In this document: positions 24,294-38,430 of the stretch, piece after piece
How the letters are laid out: each line of letters starts with the position of its first letter
How positions within the stretch are numbered: the stretch's first letter is position 1
Source of the DNA: Paraspadella gotoi
Lineage: Eukaryota; Animalia; Chaetognatha
Assembly: GCA_051294375.1 (NCBI GenBank)
Contig: CM119264.1
Location: 27,922,981-27,986,980, forward strand
Length of the DNA: 64,000 bases
Direction: 5' to 3'
Notes under the pieces: model-generated
The model's input: the letters and a program-made list of their open reading frames with translations, nothing else
What the model was told of the DNA's origin: nothing
Databases searched by the model: none
Program-made: the position numbers and the translations under genes

Positions 24294-25656
24294 TTAATAT
24301 TTATAAAACTTGTCCGACCTTCATTAGAATTTTAAGATAAAATACTTATTAGTTCAGCGAGTCATCAGTTAGTTAGTCTTGACTCATTACGTCATTAGTC
24401 ATTACGTCATTACAGCATTACGTGGATCATCCTGAGATCCATCCGTTTTCCACGCGTCGCATCATGTCATGGATCATGTCATGGATCATGTCATGGATCA
24501 TGTCATTCGTCTCAATTTAGGTCAGAAGAATATTTTATTCGGACGATTCATTAATTTTTTTATTATTTGCTCCTTCGTGGAATTCCTTTCCCACTGTTTA
24601 TCAATATTCTAAATCTTTCAGTAGTCATCTTAATTCTTTTGTCTACTAAATACAAATTTACTAACAAACGAACGAAGAAAAAATTAAAGCCAAAAACTCG
24701 AAGATTAATTATTCAAGTTAAACATAGAAAACAATAAAAAAAAGTCTACGTTTAACGAAAATGACAAAAAGAAAGGATGAATAAATGTTTCGTCTTTATC
24801 TCTTCGTCCCCTTAAGCGAATTCTTAACGACTCGACTTATTCCTTTTTTTTTTTTTTTGTTGAAAGGAAGAACAAAAAATTTGTTTCTAGCCTCATTAAG
24901 TGATTTCCCTGGTGGCCCGAGGTTTCGTCGCTCCAAACGTTGTGGTTTTTTTGTCGTCGTCGTCGTCGTCGCTGTCACGGTTGTTGTTTTCAAGTTGTCG
25001 TTGTCGTCGTCATCGTCATCATAGTGGATCGTTGTCATCATCCTTGTCATTATTGTCGCCGTCGTCACCATACAGGATCTTAAGTCATCATCGTCATTAC
25101 CTTAGGGTATTATTGTAACTCTCCCGTCGGACAATCAGGTAAATGTGGTAACAAGAACCAAAGAGCAACAGGGAATAAAAATGTAAAGCAAAATGAGGCT
25201 CAAACCAAAAATAAGGCAATAATAAAGTAAACGTAAAAGTAATAAAACTAAATATAAATGTTTATGGAAAAGTCCCCGAGTTCGTGAATCGCAGATGAAC
25301 GAAGGCAGACGATCCCGAAGGAGAGAAGCCATGAACGTAACAGTTATTAATTGGTCTTAATGTTACAATCGTTCACTCATTTCCCCTCACGATATTCTAT
25401 ATATTTCTATTCACCTCGAGAATCGTTAAAAGCGTTTTTTTGCAATTTCAACAAAATCCCGATTCAGCATCGTCGTTGTCGTCGTCATCGTCGTCGTCAT
25501 CGTCATTATTTACTTTAATTCCTTTGCTTTTCCATTGTGATATTTGTTTTCGTCGTCGTCATCGTCTTTTTTCTTTTAATCGTCGTTATGCTGTTTTCCC
25601 TGTCGGCTTCGAGATCTTCGTCTTTGTCGTCTTTGTCGTCGTCGTCGGCGTCGGCG

Positions 25657-25696
<40 letters not shown>

Positions 25697-26957
25697 AGCC
25701 GTACCTTTGCGAATTGGAAGGCAGATTAAGTTCTTCCATCGTCGCAACAACCACAACAACAACGACGACGCGATGCAACTTTTCACACACGCGCTCTCTG
25801 TTTGTGACTCGAGCGGCGTTAACGGTTCACTATTACTCACGTCAATTTTCTTTTTATGAATTTAACGTATAATTAGCAATTTCGCTGTTGGCGAAAAGCG
25901 AATGGGAAGAGTTTTTTTCTTTTTAAAATATTAGTTTGGGTTTTTGTTGTTTTTTTTTGTTTAGTTAAAAGACTAAAATGAATATAAAATAGGAAAGAGA
26001 AAAAAATAGAAAAAGAGATAAACTTCGTCGGTTGTTGTTGTTGTTGCGTCGAAAGTAGAAGAGAAAAGAGAACAATTAATTAAAGCTGAAGTTGAAAGGT
26101 GCAGGGGGAGATGCAAGGGGGAGATGCAATTGAAAGTGGTGAGGTGCAAGTTAGAAATGATGGGGAGATGCGCGGTTTAAGTATGAGTGGGAGATGCAAA
26201 AGCAGGTGGTAGGGTGGCGAAGGAAAATTCGTTGGAAATGCGTCAGCAGGTGTAAGAGTTAAGATACAATTGCGCCGCAAAGAAAAATAAAAATGTGACG
26301 ATGGGTGAAAGTCAATGGACGAGTTTTCAAGTGAATATGAAATGAAGGATTTAGGTTTTCAAGTGATGACCTCGAAAATTATTTTTAACATGTATAACAT
26401 GTAAAAAAATAAATAAATGTATTCAATTTAAAATATAAGAATAAAATATAAAAGATTATCAAATTTACATCTAATATAATAAAATCTAATGTATTGTGAA
26501 ATGTAATAAACTCTTACATTTATTTTTAAATTTCATCTAATTTAGTCTCATATAATAAAACAAGTAATCCTGCAATTTTTCATACATATCAATGTTTCAG
26601 ATTTAACCAACTCAGGAGACCTCGTCTTGTTTACATCTCGTGTGAGAAAAAGAGAAAGAAAGAAAAATCCAGGTTTTGTTTACTAAAGATTATATAATTT
26701 CGTTGGAATATCATTAATGACGATCGCTTTTGATATTAAGCGAAAACAAAGATGCGAGAAAAACTCGGAAGGAAAAATCATCACGACTAAGAACATCCTT
26801 CACATTCCTCACAACCTTCACACCAAAGAATCATTAAAGAAGAAGAGAGAAAAAAAAGCGGAATTTATTATTATTCATTTTTCCTCTTTAGATCACAAAT
26901 GAGAATGAGATTTTATTGTCTTTTACTTTTTTTATGTGCTATCTTTTTTTTGTGTTT

Positions 26958-26988
<31 letters not shown>

Positions 26989-27503
26989 NNNNNNNNNNNN
27001 NNNNNNNNNNNNNNNNNNNNNNNNNNNNNNNNNNNNNNNNNNNNNNNNNNNNNNNNNNNNNNNNNNNNNNNNNNNNNNNNNNNNNNNNNNNNNNNNNNNN
27101 NNNNNNNNNNNNNNNNNNNNNNNNNNNNNNNNNNNNNNNNNNNNNNNNNNNNNNNNNNNNNNNNNNNNNNNNNNNNNNNNNNNNNNNNNNNNNNNNNNNN
27201 NNNNNNNNNNNNNNNNNNNNNNNNNNNNNNNNNNNNNNNNNNNNNNNNNNNNNNNNNNNNNNNNNNNNNNNNNNNNNNNNNNNNNNNNNNNNNNNNNNNN
27301 NNNNNNNNNNNNNNNNNNNNNNNNNNNNNNNNNNNNNNNNNNNNNNTTTTCCCTTTTTTCTCTCCAAATTCCTTTATGTTTACTAGCGACGATAAAGAAG
27401 CTTTTAATCAAAATCCAAATGCTTCTACGAGATGAACCAAGTTTTTCCTCAGGGACCCGTGCCTTCCCCAGACGCCAGATGGCTTTTTTAACTCGAAAGA
27501 GCG

Positions 27504-27568
<65 letters not shown>

Positions 27569-27854
27569 TCGTTCTTTTTTTTCTTTCTTTCTCTCTCTTT
27601 TTCCTTTTCATTTTTTATCTTTTACGAATTTTCATTTGTTTCCCAAAGTTTCGATTCTTTTTAAAAGGACGAAACGTAAATTTATAAAGAATTGTGCATT
27701 TAAAACGTTGTAATATTAAAACAAAGGAAATATTAGTCACACGAAACAATAAACCTTATTATCATCTTATTCTCAATATCATTAAATACGTAAATGTTGT
27801 CATTATGATCATAAAAATCAGTAACAACATCATCATCACCATTATTCTCGTCAA

Positions 27855-27930
<76 letters not shown>

Positions 27931-28109
27931 TTTCAGCTCCTCATCATTATCCTGTCCATCAACGAGCAACCGTCTAGACGAACGAAATAAGCTTCTTCTT
28001 CTTATTTCTTTTAAAAAAGTAAAGAAAAACTTTATTGTCGTTAGAAAGAAAAAAGTTTTAAAGGCTAAATGGGGATTCATTTTCAGTTTTAATGCGTCTC
28101 TTCTTCCTC

Positions 28110-28182
<73 letters not shown>

Positions 28183-28895
28183 TTCTTTCTTTCATTTTTC
28201 GAGTATCGAAAACCGATATATTCTCAAAACGATTTTATTCAAAAAGTACTAAAAAATATGCCAAAAAGAATCTCGTATAAATGAAAAAAAAACACCTTTT
28301 TTTTTGCCGTGAACGAAAAAATAAGGCATCAAAACGACATCAGTCATAAACGTTAGAGAACGATTCGTTTTCAGAAAAATACTTATAACTGGAAGAAAAA
28401 GGTCCTGACGTCGACTAACGAACGAACGGACGAACAAGACTAATGAAGAAATTAATGAACAAAAAAATCGCAATAATATTCGTTAGACGACGACAAAAAA
28501 GACGACGACGAAAAAGGCTGTCGGACAAAAGCAATCTCATATCATTTGATTTTATCTCATATCATTTCATCTCATATCATCTCATCATCCTATCTCATCT
28601 CACTTCATATCATCTCACTTCATTTCATCTCATCTCATCTTCTTTTGCTCAATTTTTTATTTTTTTTATTTTTTACTTTTTCTTTTTTTTATTCTTTAAT
28701 TCACTTTCTACTTCTAAATTTCTGATTTTATTTCTTTCCGTTAATCTCTTCTAATCTTTAATAATCATACTAATCTTTCAGTTAATCTTTACAAATCTTT
28801 ACAAATTTACAATTTTTCCCTCTTTTTTCTTTTCCATTTCTTCTCATATTTATTTTCTAATTTCATTTGTCTTTCAGCATCTTGTCTCTTTTTTT

Positions 28896-28946
<51 letters not shown>

Positions 28947-29083
28947 CTCTTTATATTTCACTTTTCTTTTTACCTTTTTTATTCTCTTATTTTTGAGATT
29001 TCTTTTTCTTTTCTTTTCTTTTTCTTATTTTCTTTTTTATGATTTCATTCTTCCACTTTTTATTGCATCGTTGTTGGTGTTCC

Positions 29084-29117
<34 letters not shown>

Positions 29118-29543
29118 ATCAATCTCATATATATATCGTCCGTCTTTATCTCTCATCATCGTCGTCGGTCGTCGTCGTCATCGTCTTCGTCTCCTTCGGT
29201 CGTTCTCCCCGTGCGTCTCGTCGCCGTCGATGTATCAAACTTGGTTTTATTATTTTATTTTTTTCTTGTTTTCGTTGTTTTTTGAGACACAAATCTCGTG
29301 GGTTTTGGGGTCAAAAGTTGACGCGGGGGGAGAGGAGACGGATTAAGTCCCCACGGGGTTTCCAGTTGTCGTCGTTGATGTCGTTCGTACGTCTCGTCGT
29401 CGTCGTCGTCGTCGTGGTGGGTCGTTTGTGCTTCATAATCGCCACCGATAGAATTCGAATTGAGTCGAATAAGCTTTTTGATCCTGACGACGTTGAGAGC
29501 GAAAGAGAAGGAGGCGAAGAAGGTAGATCTTGACACGCGAACA

Positions 29544-29662
<119 letters not shown>

Positions 29663-31136
29663 TTTCTTCTTTCTTGCGACGACTCTTGTTTCCTCCTTTC
29701 CTGTTTCCTCTCCGTTTGTTTTCTTTTTCTTTTCCTTCAATTCCTCTTTTTTTTCTTCGTGTTAAGTTCTCGTTTTTTCCCTTGTCTTCTTCTCTGTTTT
29801 CTTCCGTGTTTTCTTTCTTGTTTTCTTCCTTGTTTTCTCGATCGTACTCTGTTTTTCTGGTCTTCAGAAAGCGACAAGGGAACTGGAAAAAAAAAAGAAC
29901 TAATAAAAAAAAAGAAAGAAAAAAAGAATTCAAACTTCTTATTGTTTTTTCCTTCCTTCACACCCCGGGGTTGAAACAGGGTTCGTACCTTCTCGCACCC
30001 CGTGGTCGACAACACTCCCTCCCTCTTTCGGAGGCTGTCCGAAACCAAGACATCATAAATTGTGGACGCGGCATGAGTTATGGCCGCCTTTCATGATTCC
30101 ATCTTTTTTTTTCTCTTTCGGGGTGGAGGTGGAGGTATAAGGAGGAAGATGGGATATTCGTCGCGGAGGAAAGAAAAGGTGGAGGAAAGGAGAGGAAAGA
30201 AAAGGAAAGGAAAAGAAAAGAAAAGAAAGGGGAAGAAAGATAAGACGAAAGAAAGAAAAGTGTAAAAGATTAGATGTGACACAAAGAAACAGAAAGTGGA
30301 GGAAAAAAATTGAAAAGAAATGAAAAGAAAGGAAAGGAAAAGAAAAGAAAAGAAAAGAAAAGAAAAGAAAAGAAAAGAAAAGAAAAGAAAAGAAAAGAAA
30401 AGAAAAGAAAAGAAAAGAAAAGAAAAAGTGACAGGTGGATTCGGCGGATGTTGGTCATCGTCTGAGGTGGGATTTGAATTCAGTCCAAGGAACGTGACCC
30501 AGATGGACGGCGTCAAAAGAGCAACGGAATTGTGAGCAATGGGCGATGACCTTCGACCATGAGGCGGAAAATGGTAACTTTGATGTTGTAATTCCTATCT
30601 TGGCTCCCAAATTGAGTTAGAGAATACTTTTTAAGTATTGATGGATGGATGGATGGATTTATATTCAAAATTGGCAAGTAAATGGAATAAATAAAAGATA
30701 ACACGCAGGGAAGGGAAAGGTTGAGACGGTTGGAACTGANNNNNNNNNNNNNNNNNNNNNNNNNNNNNNNNNNNNNNNNNNNNNNNNNNNNNNNNNNNNN
30801 NNNNNNNNNNNNNNNNNNNNNNNNNNNNNNNNNNNNNNNNNNNNNNNNNNNNNNNNNNNNNNNNNNNTCTCTCTCTCTCTCTCTCTTTTTCATCATTGTT
30901 GAAATAAAAGATTTTCTTTTTCATCTAATTTCAAACGTAACGAAAAGAATTCAATAATTTAACAAATTTAACATTTCGTACTTGGGCTTTGTAGTGTGAC
31001 TTAGTTTTTGCTTGGAATTCAGAATCGAAGTCGGAACCAAAAAAAAAACTGATTTGAATTCAAAGTTTCAATCTTTGACAATCGCAGCGTATGTTGTCCC
31101 CGATGTTGGGGGGAAGAGAACTCCTTCGATTCGAAA

Positions 31137-31300
31137 GTCACGTGATGCAAAGCAACGAAGTCACGTGATACAAAGCGACGAAGTCACGTGATACAAAGTG
31201 ACGATGATTTACCGCAAAGAAACCGACGCCATTTTGACAAGAGACGCGGGTCGTGGGCGGGACTGGGGTTTTGAGGGAGGGGGCGTCGGCGTATTGGCAG
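31137..31300. promoter_or_regulatory. triple E-box (GTCACGTGAT) cluster with YY1-like, GC-box and CCAAT motifs
   Basis: GTCACGTGAT at 31137, 31160 and 31183 (23-bp unit); GCCATTTT at 31228; GGGCGGGA at about 31255; ATTGG at about 31293. Confidence 0.5.
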
Positions 31301-31739
31301 CCGGTCGGGCACGCGGATGGNNNNNNNNNNNNNNNNNNNNNNNNNNNNNNNNNNNNNNNNNNNNNNNNNNNNNNNNNNNNNNNNNNNNNNNNNNNNNNNN
31401 NNNNNNNNNNNNNNNNNNNNNNNNNNNNNNNNNNNNNNNNNNNNNNNNNNNNNNNNNNNNNNNNNNNNNNNNNNNNNNNNNNNNNNNNNNNNNNNNNNGA
31501 GAGAGAGAGAGAGAGAGAATCTTTTTTCATCTGGAGATTCTACGAATAAATCCTCTCACTAAAAATATTAATCTCCTCGCATAAAAGGGACATAGATCTT
31601 CGCGAACCTTTTTTTCTCTGGGAGGGAATCTTTTTTCGAAGTGGAAAGAGAGGGGAGGGAGGAAAGGAGGAAGGAAGGAAAGAAGGAAAGGAAAAGGCGG
31701 GAAAGGAAGAAAAACGAAGAGAAAATGAAGGGAAAGAAA

Positions 31740-32077
31740 AGGTAAAGAATAAAGAATAAAACAGAAAAGAAAAGAAAAGAAATGAAAAGAAAAGAAAAGA
31801 AAAGAAAAGAAAAGAAAAGAAAAGAAAAGAGAAGAGAAGAGAAGAGAAGAGAAGAGAAGAGAAGAGAAGAGAAGAGAAAAAGAAAAGAAAAGAAAAGAAT
31901 GAAATCGTCGAAAACAAAGAAAAGAAAAGAAAAGAAAAGAAAAGAAAAGAGAAAAAGAAAAGAAAAGAAAAGAAAAGAAAAGAAAAGTATGAAATCGTCG
32001 AAATGGCTCAAAGAAGAGAAGCGAGGAATCCTGGGCGTGGCGGAGACGGCGAATAACGTATTGTGAAAAGAAAGGAC

Positions 32078-32108
<31 letters not shown>

Positions 32109-35100
32109 CAGAGGAGACAGAGAGGAGACGAGAGAGAGAAGCAGAGGAAGAGAGAGAGAGATGAGAGAGAGAGAGAACAGTAGAGAAGAGAGAGAGAGAG
32201 AGAGAGATGGAGGAGAGGAAGAGAGAGAGAAGTAAAAAGAAGAAGAAGATAAAAAAAGATGGGTTAGGAATAATCGTTACCTCCGGATAGAAAGAAGGAG
32301 GAAAGGGGTATAACGACCCGATCTAAAAAAATCGGGAAAAGGACTTATGAAGGGAGAGAGAGAGAGAGCAAGAGAGGAGAGAGAGACAGAGAGAGAGAGA
32401 AAGAGAGGAGGAGGAGAAGAGAGGAGAGAGAGGAGAGAGACGAGAGTCCCAACTCCAAAAAAACCTCACGTTTGATGCAGAAAAACTCATTCCCCGAAGC
32501 GAAATTACATCCGGTTCGTTACGATGGTTTAAAAAAAAAGCGCGAAAATTTAAAAGCTTCCGCTTTATTTTTCTTTCTTTCTTCGTTTTGAGAAAAACTC
32601 GTTTCAGTTCGAAGAGGAAATTAGATTTACGTTGAAAAACAAGAGATGATCGTTGAGCGTTTCATGACTGTAGATGGCGCGAGTGGATTGAGATGCCTCA
32701 AAACAGCCTTCAACTGTTTTTTTTTTGGTTGTAAAACTCTTTTTTGGCATACATTGATGTACCTTTAGGGCAATGTTTCTTCAGCTAAAAAAAATGTTGC
32801 TCAAATTGTTAACATATAACTAAATATTTATAATTTTATTTGGTTCCCAGAGAGCTCGAAGGACTTTCAATGGAATTGATACAAATATTTATTAATTAAA
32901 AAGACTTTGGCCAATTTATTGTGGGTTAAAGCTTTTATCTCTTTTAAAAGATCATAACATAGTAGGATTCTCAACTCAAGGTTTCAATCAAGACATCCAA
33001 TTAACAATTAACTACTTGGCTTTTCTTTCAATGATGTGTGCCTTTTTGAACTGCACTGTTAAAAGTAGTAGAGTTTTAAAGTCTACTAAATACTACCAAT
33101 ATTTGTCATCAGGTGAGATTTCTTAAGAGATGTGATAGAAAAGACGGATAGAACGGATAGACGGATAGACTGATAGAAAAGAGAGAAAGTTAAGGAAAAG
33201 TCTAATTCGGAGAAACAAAAAAGGAAAGGAGAAGACAAGTCGGTAGGGAATATGCTACTTTTCTATCTGGGGNNNNNNNNNNNNNNNNNNNNNNNNNAAG
33301 GAAAAAAAAAAAGGAAAGAAAGGAGAGCTACAAAAAGGAAAGTAAGAAAGAGAAGAGAACAGGGAATTCATCTATCACAAGTGACGGTTCCAGATTAAGA
33401 GCGCTGGGCTGGAAGCAGGACAATGGGAGAGGAGGGAGGGGGGAGGTGGGTAGAAAAATGAAGGAGGGGTGGACACGGGTGAAACCCAAACCCCAGGTTG
33501 GTGGAGGAAACTCATAGTCGGATACTATCCTCTTGATCCAAAACCAATTTCTCCAGCTTTTTTACTATAGAGTGTGCGTAATGAAAACCGATAGGGGCGC
33601 GAAAAGAGAGAGAGAGAGAGAAGAGAGGCAGAGAGCGGAGAGAGAGAGAGAGAGAGCAAGAGAGAGATTTATGGTTGTAACGTGCGCGGTAGAGTCCCGA
33701 GCCTGAAGGCGGTGGCAGCTTTTTCTTTTTCTCGACTTTTCTCTCTCTCTTTCTGCCTCTTTCTTCTCTCTTCTTTCTCTTCTCTTCTCTCTCTTCCGTC
33801 TCTCATCCTCTCCTCTCTCTCCTTCTCTTCTCTCCTCTCTCTCCTCTCTCTCTTCTCTCTCTCGCTACTCACACATTTTCTTAACGCCTTTTCTTCTCAG
33901 GCTTACTCCACAATGGGAATTCATTACGATTAATTGTCCCTCATGAACGTTATATAGTTTCGTCCTCGAGGCGACAAAAATTCATCAGTTCCGGGGATTA
34001 AGAGATGAGAAGGGAGAGAGAGAGAGAGATGTGGATACGAGAGAGAGGAAGCAGGAGAGAGCGAGAGAGCGAGCGCAGTGGAGAGATCATGCAGAGAGAG
34101 CCAGAGAGAGAGCAGACGAGCAGAGTTTTTTTAATTCTCCCGCAGATAGAAAGTAAGCAGATTCCCTACCGACAGGGCCTTTCCTTTCCTCTTTTTTTTT
34201 GCTTTCTCGGAATCTCTAGACTTTTCTTAAACTTTCCTCTACTTTTCTATCCGTCTATTCCGTCTATCCGTTTTATCCGTTCCTTTTCCTATCACCTCTT
34301 CTGAAGAAATCTCTACCCAGATGACAAATATTGGTTAGTATTTACGTTAGACCTTTTTTAACTCTACTCACTTTATAACAGTTTGCAGTTCAAAAAGGCC
34401 TACACATCATTGACAAGAAGAAGCCACAGTAGTTAATATTGTTTAATTAGCATATCTTTGATTGAAAACCTTGAGTTGAGAATCATACTTGTTATGATCT
34501 TAAGGGGACTGTGTGATGGTGCTGGGTTCCAGAATATGAAAGTGGCGCCAACTTCGGAATAAGAACTCCTCTGCGACCTTGGATTCATCTTTGACAGAAA
34601 GTCAGTATCTCTTATCTTTTCACAACGCCCAAATTTTATATATTCAGGCAAAGGAACCTCTACACACATGGCATGCTAAGCATAGTGGACTGGATGCTAA
34701 ATGCCAGATGACGAGCATTATGACTCAAGCTTTAAAGCTTTAAAAAAAACGCTAAGTATTCTTTCCAGCAAAAAATGTTTTATAGAAAAAAGAAAATAAT
34801 ATAGCTTTACAGGCATCTGAATGCGGAAAATAGGGATGGTATTGATCTGAAAAGTTTCAATCTTTATGGGCCTTTTGATGAAGTTGATAACTATGATTAC
34901 TATTGATGCCAAATATAATTACCTATTGATTAATAAATTCCAGATTGCCTGTTGGGCATCGCGATAAAGTCAGTCATGGTCAGTCCTTAGTTCAAATGTC
35001 TTTGTTGTCAAGTCGTCCCACTTATATATCAATTAAAAAGAAAAAAGGGGATCACGAGCTTAGAAGGACGCAGAGGAGAGAGGAAAGAGAAAGAAAAGGC

Positions 35101-37600
35101 TAAAAAGGAGGCCATGTGGATAAAGAGAAAGGAGTAAGAGAGAAAAAAAGAAGAAAAAAAAAGAAAATGTGAAGAGAACACTATTGAGAAGGAGGAGGGA
35201 GGCGGAGAGAGGAGAAACAAAAGAAATGTAAAAAGAGCGCCTATGAAATGAATGATGAGAGAAGGCAAAGATAGCAGAGATGAGAGAAGAAATGAGGAAG
35301 AGAGAAAGGAGGTAGAGGCAGAGAGAGAGAAAGAAAGGAAAAAAAAAACAAGTTGCGGAATGATCAAACAGTGTCGCATGTCTGCCCACAAAATTAAATT
35401 ATAAATTTCGATGCAGATGTTAAGGAATTTTTTCGGATGCCGTCACCGATTCGGGAATCAATCAATCAATCATAGGTCTAAATCAAAATGATCCAATGGA
35501 TGTGAGAGAAGATGGAGAGAGGAGAGACACAAAGAGACAAACATTTTATCAAACACAGATCATAACATAATAAAAAAAATTTTCTGATTGCACGAATTCA
35601 TCAAAATTTCATTATCTAGCTTATCACAAACTGTTTCCCTACATCCACATACAACGTTTCAATCTTGTTTCTATATCAAAATTTTTTTAATAATTAACAG
35701 CATTTAACCCAAAGTAAAAAAAATTGACTATTCGTTTTTCATTATTTTCAATTCCAATCCATTAATCCATGATAATTCGCGTGTTTTTTGCTTTAGGGAT
35801 GGGAATGGACAAGACGGACATCTTTATTTTTTTTGCATAATTTATCATAATTCGATGTTTTCTGACATTGATATAATGAGATGCCCGTGAAAAAGATTGA
35901 CGGGGGCGGGATCGACGGACCGAAAAAGCATAAATTATAAAGTGGGAATCTGTTAATGAGTGTCTGTCATCTCTCTGTACCGATCTCTTGGCGCTGATCG
36001 TTCATATTTTTTGAAAAAAATTCTGACTATTTTTTTCGTTCTAAAAAAAAAAAAAATTATTGGCAAACAGCCGGGTTGGCCTACGGATGCCCATTGGTGA
36101 TGGAACATCTCACAGTTAGCTTTGGGGGGCTTCCGCACCCTCAGTGGAACGCCCCCAGACTCACTGGGCGCGGTACCCTAGGCACGGTCTGCTTTTGGGC
36201 CAACGCCAGAGCTGAAAGTTCGTTTTGGATTTGGCTGAAAGGATTGGTCGTCGAGGTGGAGTGAATATACCCCCACACGCTGCCCAAAGGTCTTTTTTAA
36301 TTTATTAAATAGTTTGTATCAATTCCATTGAAAGTCCTTCGAAGCTCTCTCGGGAACATTAATAAAATTATAAATATTTTAGTTTTATGTTAACAAGTTT
36401 GAGAAAAATTTTTCTTTTGCGGCTGAGAAATATTGCCCCTAAGAGGTACATCAATGGTTGGCCAAAAAAGGGTTTTACACCAAATTTAAAAAAAAAAAAA
36501 AAAACAGTTGAAGGCTGTTTTGTTTGAGGCATCTCAATCCACTCCCCCATCTTACAGTCATGGAAACGCTCAACGATCATCTCTTGTTTTTCAACGTAAA
36601 AGTCTAATTTCCTCTTCGAAATGAAACGAGTTTTTTCTCAAAACGAAGAAAGAGAAAAAAATAAAGCGAGAAGCTTTTAAATTTTCGCGCTTTTTTTTTA
36701 AACCACTCGAACGAACCGGATGTAATTCGGCTTCAGGGAATGAGTTTTTCTGCATCAAACGTGAGGTTTTTTTTGGAGTTGGAGCTCTCTCCTCTCTCTC
36801 CTCCATCGCTCTCCTCTCTGTCTTTCTCTCTCCCTCTCTCCCATCTGCTTCGCTCTCTCGCTCTCTCTCTCTTCAGATCGTCCTCTCTTTCTCTCTCCGC
36901 TCTCTCCCGCTCTGCTCCTCTCGCCGTCTCCTTCGTTTTCCATTTATCTCTCTCTCTCTTTCTTCTCTCTTCGATTTCTTTTTATTTTTTCGGGAACATC
37001 GTTATAGATATCCTTTTCTCCTTCTTTCTATGAGAACGATTATTCCTAACAATCATTATTTTATATTTATCTACTTAACTTTTCATCTCTTCTGTTCTTT
37101 CTCCATGTCGTCGTTCTTCTTCACTTCTTCTGTCTCAGCTCTCTCTCTCTCTCTCTCTTCCTCTCTCCTCTCTTCTCCTCTCTCCTTCATCTGTCCTTTC
37201 CTTTTCAACGAATACAGTTATTCGCCCGTCTCCGCCACGCCAGGATTTTGTTATTCTCGCGTTTCTCTTTCTTTGAGGCCATTTTCGCGACGAAAACATT
37301 TTCATACTTTTCTTCTCCGTCTTTCCTTTTCTTTTTTCTTTTCTTTTTCTTTTACTTTTCTTTTCTTTTCTTTTCTTTTCTTTTCTTCTGTCTTTTTCTT
37401 TTCTTTTTCCTTTTACTCTCTTTTTTTATTTCTTTTTTTTTTTTTTTCTTTTTTTTTTTTATTTTTTTTTTTTTTTTTTTTTTTTATTTTTCTTTTTTTT
37501 TTTTCTTTTCTTTTTGTTTTATTTCTTATTCTTTTTTAAAAATATAAGATCCCTTTTTCTGGTTCCTTCCTTCGCTTCTATCTTTCTTTTCTACTGTTTA
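31740..37600. repeat. noisy inverted duplication (arm A about 31740-33270, arm B about 34140-37600 with a 1.8-kb extra segment)
   Basis: For example, 32460-32900 is the reverse complement of 36290-36780 and 32945-33270 of 34140-34502. Many indels; 25-N gap at 33273-33297. Confidence 0.85.
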
Positions 37601-38388
37601 TTCTTTCTCGTTCACTTTTTTCTCTTTCCTTTTTTTTTATTCCTCATCCTCCCTTCCATGTTTCCTTCTTTGCCATGCCATGCTAACTTCTTCCCAAATC
37701 CCTCTTCACCATTTTTACGCGCTCGCGGTAGCGACTGTGAAATCAGTGACACGAGGGTGACACTCCGCCATAATTCTCACTGGTTACAACAGATGGAAAA
37801 ACTTTTTCCGTAAAAAAAGGAGAATTTTTTTTTGGAATCTGTGTCGAGTGCCTCGTTTTTCCCTCTTTTTGGAAAAATAGTCCAGATACTTTATTTAATA
37901 CTAAATGTTTTAAGAGGGTTTATATTTGTGTTTCATTCGTTAACAACTAATGTTTAAAACAATACATGCAAAAAGGTATTCAAATATGTAGACGCAAAAA
38001 TTGTATAATCTACAATTTGACGATCATAGATATTTAAAAAAAAACCGAAAAAAAAACAATTGAATAATTAGATTAACTTTGAATAACATAAGACCTTTTG
38101 AGTCGTTTTACTAAAAGTCTAATTTAAGCCGAGAAGTTAAAAAGCTTCAGTTCGAGAAAGTGGAAGTCAGACCGATAGTATCAATAAAGATAACGAGAAC
38201 AGCAACTCCCCGCCGACATCGTAATTCGAATTTTCTTCCGCTCGTTATCCAAAATTCATTCCCCACTCCCTCTCGCTCTCGCTCTACAACTTTCCAAAAA
38301 ATGCTGAGAACATGCATAATGCAGAGAGAGTAACCTTTGCCTCGGTTACGAGGGGAAGGGAGCCTCTTTGAATAACCGCCGTGGAACC

Positions 38389-38430
<42 letters not shown>

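Noticed and set aside
25135-25332. 65-aa hydrophobic ORF as a signal-peptide exon for the Ig gene
   Set aside because: Hydrophobicity follows from T-rich composition, and no strong phase-compatible donor was seen.
29960-30600. Two higher-complexity patches between microsatellites that look exon-like
   Set aside because: No frame with convincing acceptor and donor pairs or a recognisable protein motif.
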